Assembly: GCA_012295275.1 (NCBI GenBank)
Contig: CM022669.1
Span: 11,284,001 to 11,348,000 of the forward strand
DNA: 64,000 nt
Direction of reading: 5' to 3'
Origin: Chrysomallon squamiferum
Taxonomy: Eukaryota > Animalia > Mollusca
Shown here: positions 54,681-64,000 of the stretch, in pieces
How the letters are laid out: every line of letters begins with the position of its first letter
Position numbering within the stretch: the stretch's first letter is position 1
Program-made: the position numbers and the translations under genes
Notes under the pieces: generated by a model
Told to the model about the DNA's origin: nothing
Seen by the model: only the letters and a program-made list of their open reading frames with translations
Database searches by the model: none

Positions 54681-55733
54681 GCCTTGTTGTGATTACTGGA
54701 TGTGAAGAACTGTCTGTATAACCAGCTGAGGCTCAGTTTTCAGGATCAGTTTTCTGAAAGCTGCTAGTGTTTCTCACATCAAAGAAACTATCAGACATGA
54801 GGTGCATAGCTGTTTGTGTAGCTGTCTTTGGAAATTAAAGAATTATATGCAATAATTGTGATGTTTAAGCCAAAGAATCTTCCATAATTACATAACAGAA
54901 TACACACACAGGTTCTCCTTTAATCCAGTAACATTTCTTTTGAATTCAACTTCAGTTTGAAATCACTGATTTTGCTTTCAGGGAAATTCTTTTCAATGCT
55001 TAATACTGTTTGGTTTTTTTTTTTAAATTTTTGTTGGTTTGATATTTTTTTTTTTGTCCCATTAAAATTTTGTTTTATGTTGTGTTATTATTCCTCTTTT
55101 TTTCCTCTTCTTCTTTCATACCTTTTCTTTTGTTCTTTAAATTTTTTCTTTCTTTTTCTTAGTATTTTTATGCTTTTTTCTGTCTTGTGTTTTTCAATTC
55201 CAGTTTATAACAAAATCAATAGAAATTCTGTTTTTCCAAATGGAATGGAGTGCAAGATTGTTTTTTTATGGAAAAATTATTGACCATTCTAGACTGGAAC
55301 AAACCACCTATTAATAAAAAAAAACCTCCAGAAATCTCTTTTAGGAAATCTTTCACTGTCTTCCAGACTCACACTTATGGACAGTGACAGCCAATAATGT
55401 CATTGTTCTTTGAAAATCTTCAAGTACGGTGGTTTAGCTGAATGCATGTGTTATTCAAAGATTTGTGTACAAAAAGCCTCAGCGTAATGTAGTTTGTCAA
55501 AAATGAAGTGTCTTCTTTCACACAGCCACTGTCTTAGTGACAAAATAAAATATTTTCTCGAGATGGGAAAAAGGATGTGGAGTTTTCCTGATGTATGATG
55601 GATAGCGGGATCAATACTTCTCGGATGACAGTTTAAAAATAATTTAATGCTGCTTCTTTTTTAGTGTGTCTGTGTTTGTCTGTCTGTATATCTGTATTCA
55701 AGTGTTTGTGTTTGTGTATAGCATAGTGTAGTG

Positions 55734-55789
<56 letters not shown>

Positions 55790-55855
55790 GTACGTATGTA
55801 TATGCATGTATGTATGAATGTATGAATGGATGTAGGCATTTTGGTGCAGATGTGC

Positions 55856-55891
<36 letters not shown>

Positions 55892-57554
55892 GTATGAACC
55901 AATGCAGGAATTTGTATGTTTGCATGTATGTATGTATGTATGAATGAAAGGAAGTATCTGGATGTCTATGTGTGAGAGAGAAAAACAGAAGCATTATATA
56001 AAAGTACACATGTATAAACCTACTTTTATATAATGCTTCATTTTTTTTTTTTTTTTTAATAAATATTATTAAATTTGACTGATGGTCAAATACTGTACGT
56101 CACACTTCACCAACATTCACATCCATTACCGCAGGTTATATCAGTAACTCGCTCACACACACACACTCACACAATGGAAAATGCTTAATCCATAGTAATG
56201 ACTGCTCAAACTGTAATAATGCTTCATATATATCTGACCTGCAATTCACTTTGTGTCACCTGTCGCCATTAATAACACATCAGCAGATTCTAATAACAGG
56301 TTAGAGCGATCGTTTGCGAGGAGCAGTTAGGAGAAGGAGACAATGAATAAAGTACTCACTCCTAGGAGGCTGTGTGCTCAGACTACAGACTGCTCACGGA
56401 ATGGCTCACATTGCATGTCCAGAAAACTCAACTGAAATAATGGCTAATGATTTGCCAATTTAGCCAGAGTCTGTATCAATTTAGCTTCTGCGCCTGTTGA
56501 ATCCTAATTTAGCGTCCTTTTTTTCTTACATCTCTGCTGAATGGTTCTGATCTAGTTTGATTTCCTGACCCACTTCTTTGCTGGGAAATCATTTGTGGTA
56601 ATCTTTATTCTTCTTCTTTTTTGCTTGATTTTTATTGTCATTCATATTTGGGTTAAATGAGTCGAGATGCAAATACCAGACTTTGTTGTATTATACGTTT
56701 TCAAATACTGATGATGTTCATGTCAGGAATGGAATCAAAATATCAAAAAGGGTTATTGGTGTGTGACATACACACAGACAAATAAATATACACATACTAA
56801 CAGACAGACACAAGCTCATAAACAGGCACATACATACGTAAAACAAAGACATACAGACAGACAAATGGACAGACGTGTATGCATTTGAAATTACATGAAC
56901 AGCTACTGTATATATTAAATTCTTCAGTAGCTGACATCAAATTACCTTACTTAAAAGACATCTGACACTAACAAGATTCATAAAGATGTTTTTTTTCTTT
57001 TTTCTTTTTGTTGGCTTTTTTTTTTAATAGCTAAATAATTAAAGTGTACATTAAATGGTCTGTCATTCACACTATTCAGACTTGTTGACAGGAAAACGTT
57101 TTTTGTCTGGATACAGTAGAATGTATTATTACCCAGTCCATTCAGAAAGAACCAGTAATTCACATGTCACTGCTTGTTACAGTGGTTTTATCTCGACTGG
57201 GGGTACATTAAACTAAGTATCATTACAGACATATAATTAAATTTAAAACGTGCTTACACATGCGTGTGGCATTATGTATACACAAAAAAAAAATATTAAC
57301 TTTTAGATAAGATGATTATATTATTGTTGACTTGGCTTTGGTCAGTTATTGGTCAAGGCTGTAATAAATCATGTATATTTTGTTATAAATGTTTAAACAG
57401 TAATAGATTGTTATGGTTGTTGTTTTTTGGTTTGTTGTTTTATTACTAAATTAATTTTGTATGTTATTATTATTATTGTTTTTGTTATTGTTATTATTGT
57501 TGCTTCTATTTTTATTGTTGTTGTTGTTTTTTATTTGTTATTGTTATTATCAGT

Positions 57555-57820
57555 AGAAATAGTAGCAGTAGCTTTAGAAGAAGAAGTAGTAGTAGTAGAG
57601 CAGTAGAGTAACAGTAGTAGTAGTAGCAGTAGCAATACTAGAAGAAGTAGTAGTAGTAGTAGGAGCAGTAGTAGAAGTACTAGTAGTAAGTAGTAGTAGT
57701 AATAGAGCAGTAGCAATTGTAGTAGTAGTAGTTGTAGTAGTAGTAGCAGCAGCAGTAGTAGTAGCAGCAGTAGTAGAAGTACTAGTAGTAAGTAGTAGTA
57801 GTAATAGAGCAGTAGCAATT

Positions 57821-57856
<36 letters not shown>

Positions 57857-57970
57857 ACAGCAGTAGTAGAAGTACCAGTAGTAGTAGTAGCAGTAGATGT
57901 ACTACTAGTAGTAGTAGTAGTAGTAATAGAGCAGTAGTACTAGCAGTAGCAATAGTACTAGTAGTAGTAG
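57555..57970. repeat. (AGT/AGC)n tract with internal duplication
   Basis: Block agaagtactagtagtaagtagtagtagtaatagagcagtagcaattgtag is repeated. Confidence 0.92.
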
Positions 57971-59182
57971 ACCCTTTCAGAAAATTGATGTATCAAAGAA
58001 AATCCAGATCTCTTTTTGCTGTTCATGGGAAAGAGCATATAAGCTAAATTATAACAGTAGTGCATGGAATGGCAGAAATAGGTGTTTTTTTTAATAATCT
58101 TTATTTTGACATTTTCATTTTATTACAGGTGTTCATTTTAACAAGTAGTATCTGTTGATCAAATAATTATTCCCTTTTTCTATTTTAAAATTTGGATACC
58201 TTGAACACTCCCCATCAAACTAAATACGTTTAAAAATCATTTTTCACTTAACTGAATAAATGAATAACAAGTTACTGACAACTCAGCAACAAAAATTACT
58301 TCAAGTTTTAAGTTTCATTCAGAAATCCATCAGAAAATTGTTTATTTTTTTCCAGAAAACTTTTTTTTAATGGTTATACTTTACCAAAAGAAAAAAGTTT
58401 CAAATTTCAAATTACGTTCTCAAATTACATTTTCAGTGCTTGAAAAGAGATCAGCTTACACTGAGGACATGAATCTAACATTACTTATTCACATCACAAA
58501 CAAAACAGTCTTACTGTCAGAAAACCGTTATCTAGATTGATATCCACGTAAAGATTCTTCTTTCACACTTTATCTCCCTCAAATAAGATGCTATGCAACC
58601 TCAGTCATGCTTGCAATGTGACAGAATCTTTTGTCAAGTGATACAGCTGAGGTGAAACCATCTTTGTATCACAGTGTCGTGTGTGGTGACAACAGTCATT
58701 ATACCTCGGTGAGACCATTGTACGAAACCACCGTCTCTCTCTACCACCAAGTGTTCTGTGAAATGGCTATCTCCAAAACCATGGTGTGGTGTATTCAAGA
58801 GTCATATGTATATGTATATATATATAAAAATATAAAATATATCGGTCTTTTTTCATCAGTTCTGTTACTTTACAGGATTAAGTTACTTCACAAAAGATTC
58901 AATTTTCCAAGTGTGTTACTGTATACCGACATAAGTTATAGTTTAAAATGTTTTGCTCAAAAGCAAGGCTGAAGCCCTAACAGTCAGATTTCAAAGCAGA
59001 TAGCCTCATTTATCATTGTATAAGCAAACCTTGAACAAAGGGTTAATTTTTTTTTTTGTTTAAAGGAATTAATCCTAGGTAACCTTGGTCATGCTCTGGA
59101 TTAAGTTTTTTTTTTTGAACATGCATGGGTGTATATGTGTATATACATATCCATATATATATATGTGTGTACACATACATAC

Positions 59183-59213
<31 letters not shown>

Positions 59214-59404
59214 CGGTGTTTATTAATTTGTAAATTCAATGATTTTTTTCCACACTAATATTCTAACAGAGTTTTAAAATATTTTTAACTGTCTTCAAGA
59301 CAAATGGTTATTTTCTTCACTAACAATAATATTCTAAGACTCTCATAAATGATTTTTACTGAGTCTATGAGCCAACATTCTGAATATGCTACCACATTTC
59401 TGTG

Positions 59405-59444
<40 letters not shown>

Positions 59445-60133
59445 GCTTACTAACATTTTAACATAATAACTTTTTTCTAACAGACTAATGTGTTAAGCTC
59501 TATTATTTTAAATCTAATTATGTGTTGCAAGTTTTAATGAAAAGACAGGAAAACAAAACTGAAGTCTCCTAAGTGAGTCATATTAATTAAATCCTTGGTT
59601 TTTTTTAAAAAGTTAATTAATTTTTTTTTTCAGTATTTGCTTTTTATTGTTGTTGATTTATGGATTTTTTGAAGAAAAAAAAAATGTTTAGGATTTTATT
59701 TTTATTTATTTTTTGATCTTATCTTAAAGCAAATATTTATAAAATAATTTAGTAATTCAAGTGAATTTTTATTTTTTTTTTTTTTTTTATTCATCATTTG
59801 TTGTAAACTTATAAATCACTGAAATTTTTTATTTAAGAAAAAAAAGATAAGCAAAGATGTACTATGCATCTTTATTTCCTGTTTTGCAAAATACTGTAAT
59901 TGTTATATGAATCATTTATATTTTCCAACACACCTTAGCACATTTAATGTTGTCAGTTTGTTTCATCACCTCAGAATTGCTTACACTGAAAAATCTGGTT
60001 TTTCTGTTCAAAAGAGTGGAAAATGCAATCAGATAACTCTACAGTGATGACAAACTTACATCTTTCTAGTGTTAATCATGCCAAAAACCTTGTTGAATAT
60101 TTCTCTGTTGTTATAGGCAACAGACAGTTTCTT

Positions 60134-60169
<36 letters not shown>

Positions 60170-60504
60170 TAAAAAACATTTTATCTCAAAACAGAATTTT
60201 TCTTTGCTTATTTTTTCAAATAATTATTTAAAAAGAAACTGGTTTTTATCTCAATCTTTTCATCAGTCTTATCTTAATATGATATCATGTTTTCTTTCAA
60301 CAAGTCTACGACACAGATTTATCGGCTGGTTTGTTCTGTCCAGGTTTTTGCCCAGGAGGCATCAATACTTAGAAACACAATGGAATGAATGTGGAAAAAA
60401 TTTGTTTTTGAAGATTTTTTTTGTCTTTTTTTTTTTTTATATTTTGCTTTTTGAGGCAATAGTTTTGTTGTTTGTTTGGGGAATTTTTTTGTTTATATCT
60501 TTAC

Positions 60505-60536
<32 letters not shown>

Positions 60537-61114
60537 TTGCCCTTCAGGGTTTTCTTTACTAATGGTGACATTTTTAAACACTTGTATTAAAACTTTATTT
60601 TTATTTTATCTTGAATATTTTATTTATATAAACATCTTAGTTTTTACTTTATTTTCACATTTTATTGATATATTTTTTTTTATCTACCCTTTCTTTCTAC
60701 ACCATAATATATATTATTAATACCTTGGTATTTTTTTTTACATATTTTGCATTCACTTACTTGATTTTGCTAGGTGATAAACACATGTTTATTTATGTTA
60801 TTTCACAGATTAACGTGAAAAAAAAAATCACATGCTTGATGAATCTTTGTGAAACTCTGATGGAGAAACACAAAATAATGTCATGAGTCAAGTGAGGCAG
60901 GGAGATTCCGGAGTCTGTCTGCCTCGGGTGACTGAACAGCCTCTTTGCTCTGCCTCTGTCAGCTGAAATCATGTTAAAACTGTTAGCGTCAAGGTGAATT
61001 TTGATACTGAGTCTCTGATCTGATTTATATACAGCTGGATCAGGTGTCTTGTTTCACAGATATTAACTGACATTTGTGTGTTTGTGTATTTTGTATGTAC
61101 ATATATGTGTATCT

Positions 61115-61160
<46 letters not shown>

Positions 61161-62034
61161 ATGTGTGTGTATGTTGATGTTTATGTTTGTGTGAGTGTAT
61201 ATATCGATGCCTGTATGTTTAAGAATGCATTTGGGTGTGCTTGTCTGTGTATGTGTGTATGTGTACACATTGTGTGTGTGTGTGTGTGTGTGTGATTATA
61301 TGTGTGTGTGTGTGTATATTGTGTGTGTGTATGGTATGTGTGTACATGAGTGTGTATTGTATGCAATCAGTAAAATGTATTTTAGTGAGTGAGTTTGTTT
61401 CCATGTGTTATACATCTATGACATATGTATGTATCTCAGTAATGTAGATGTAAAGATTACAAAGCAAAACATTCTGTGTGGCCACTGCACAATCTCTCTG
61501 AGATCTAATCTAGAAATTAACCATCTTAATTCTAAATTCTAGTGTTTCTGTTTTAATTATTTAACCTGAGAGATCCTTATTAAAAAAGAAGAAGAAGAAG
61601 AAGAAGTTGAAGAAAACTAAAAACAAATAAATAAAACAAATTAACAAATAAATAAATAAAACTACTGTACATTTCATCCATACAATGAACTTCTGTATCA
61701 AACTTCTTTTATCTTGTCAGGTTAATTTTTAAACACAGTTTTCTTGACAGGGTATTTTTATGAAGAAAAAAAAAAATAAACCTTGTTGAGTTTATCTGCA
61801 AATCTGAACCATTCCAGCAATCAGCTCACTTATCTGTGATCACCCATCTTGACAGCTCAATGGGTGGGTGGGCAGATTGTCTGATCCCACTTAAATCTGA
61901 TCCTGAGCTAATTATGTGCTGCAGACAGTGCAAGTGTTAATGAGTAGACACAAAGACACAGGACGTCTTCAAAACAGCAGTCTCCTCAGTGAACCAATAG
62001 TCCCAGTAGTATTTTAAGGAAATCTTCTCAAATG

Positions 62035-62200
62035 GTTGAAGACTGTGTCAGATAAAGGAGACTGGGTAAATACAGGAGACCATGTCATTATAGGAGATTG
62101 TGTCAAATATAGGGCACCATATCAAATACAGGAGACTGTATCAAATATAGGAGACCATGTCAAATATAGGAGACCATGCCAAATATAGGAGACTATGTCA
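62035..62200. repeat. About 19-20-bp minisatellite (caaatataggagaccatgt), about 8 copies
   Basis: Read directly. Confidence 0.88.
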
Positions 62201-62390
62201 GTGTAAGGTACATTGTCAGATCAGGAAAAAAAGTAACAATCTAGGAGATCACCACCAGTGTAAGAAGTGCACAGACTGTCTAGTGACATTGTCAGTCAAG
62301 GATGTTCAGATCCCTGAGTTCACAGTCACTCTAGAGAGTCTGGCAATCTCAGCTATTCTAAATGTGCAGTGCTGTCAGTCTGTGCATATC

Positions 62391-62515
62391 ATTTCAGAGG
62401 TTTGTTGCTGTTTCAGGGGTTTGTTACTGTTTCAGGGGTTTGTTACTGTTTTAGGGGTTTGTTACTGTTTCAGGGTTTTGTTACTGTTTTAGGGGTTTGT
62501 TAGTGTTTTAGGGTG
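62391..62515. repeat. 19-bp minisatellite (ggggtttgttactgtttca), about 6 copies
   Basis: Read directly. Confidence 0.9.
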
Positions 62516-63239
62516 TCAAAGACAATTCATGTTGCACAAAGGAAATCTTATATTCTCATTTATCAAGTGTTTTTATGCAGAAAATCTTTGCTTTTCATTA
62601 AAATATCATAACAAAAATATATGCCTTTTATTATTCTCTTTTTACTACAGCTTTCTAAAGTTAGAAATTACAGTTGCAAAATATATTTAGAATTACGTTT
62701 TACATTTCACAAAACACCGTTTGAATGTAGAATTAAATCTGACAGTTCACAAAACATTTTAAAATAATATTTTACTGTTACAAAACACATTTGTTTCACA
62801 AAAAAAGAAATTAGTTATATTTTACTTTTCAGCAAGAATACTTAATTAAACTTTACCTTTCGCAAGGTATATACAGAGCTGTACTTTGCAGTTACAAAAA
62901 TAGTTATATTTTATATTTGTAAAGAGAGAGACTGATATTATTTTACATGGCTATAAACACACAAGTGAGAGTTATATTTCACTAGAAAAACTCTTCAAGG
63001 TAAATGTGAGAACGTGTGGAATTTCAGAACAGGTATTTCTACAAGAATATTTACTCTGTATATATTTTGCCAAATAACAGCCAGAAATTCTGTCAGTATG
63101 TTTTTCTTGTATTGTTTTCAACCGCTGAATTTTTTTTGATAGGTTTGTCAATTTTTTTTCATCAGTCTGACTAGGTATAGGAAAGAATGGATGTGTGTAT
63201 TGATGATTGAAATGATATGTATGAATGTTTGTGCTTTGA

Positions 63240-63271
63240 TGTATGTATGTATGTATGTATGTATGTATGTA

Positions 63272-63338
<67 letters not shown>

Positions 63339-63380
63339 GTATATGTATATTTATATGTACATGTATGTATGCATGCATAT
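63240..63380. repeat. (ATGT)n(TG)n(TA)n microsatellite
   Basis: Read directly. Confidence 0.92.
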
Positions 63381-64000
63381 AGACACATGTCTGTTGTATG
63401 TTCAATAATAGTTAATATTAAATAATTAATCTGATTAAGGAAGATAGAATAATTTTCATTTGTAATCTAATAACCACTGCAAAAAGTTAGAAAATTAATA
63501 ACAACTTCAATGCGATGATTAAAAAAAAATTAAAATCTAAAATACAATTCTGTGTCTATTTTTATTCTGCATGGAGACTGGGAATCTCAGACACATGAAA
63601 ACTGACAGTAATTCCCATGGTCAGTAGAAAAAATAATATTTTAAAATAAAATTCCATTTGAACAAACTGAAATAAACAAAAAATAAAAAAAATAAATAAA
63701 AAGGAAGAAAGTAATTTCCAAATAATTGCTAGAAGAAATATTAATAATTTAGAATAATATCTCATTTGTTCAGCCATTTTTGTCTATCTATATTATTTAA
63801 GACTGAATTTTGGAGAAACAAAATTAATAATAATTTCCATTCCACTGATCAGCCCAAATAACAATAATATTAAATCAAACTCCATTTAAACTGACTGAGC
63901 TAAATAAAGAAAGATTATTTAAAAAAAAGCCACATAATAAAACAACTTCCAAAGTGACTGTAAAATAAACAATTTAAAATAAGATTCCATTTGTGTATAT

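Overview
AT-rich, microsatellite-saturated animal genomic DNA. It is probably molluscan (inferred from repeat landscape and gene family; not verified). Nearly all ORF-track entries are simple-repeat artefacts. The one well-supported gene is on the minus strand: a two-Ig-domain, probably GPI-anchored, Dpr/ZIG-8-like cell-surface protein. I reconstructed it by hand from phase-compatible exons 32050-31926, 31526-31307, 29914-29891 (24-nt microexon, GC donor), 25282-24998, 23430-23407 (24-nt microexon) and 13441-13275 (stop), about 281 aa without the signal peptide. The signal-peptide exon is not confidently located, so 32-64 kb is probably a very long 5' intron or upstream region. The most interesting signals concern splicing: a consensus recursive-splice-site-like AG|GTAAGT at 50013/50012, a tandem array born from the Ig1 exon-end and donor that leaves many decoy donors, and two frame-preserving microexons (one GC-AG, one with a NAGNAG acceptor and a dibasic KR site). 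Also present are an RFX X-box-like cluster, a perfect 19-bp hairpin, decayed tRNA-derived SINE-like copies and many minisatellites. There are no prokaryotic-type systems, and all regulatory and splicing calls need RNA-seq or comparative checks.
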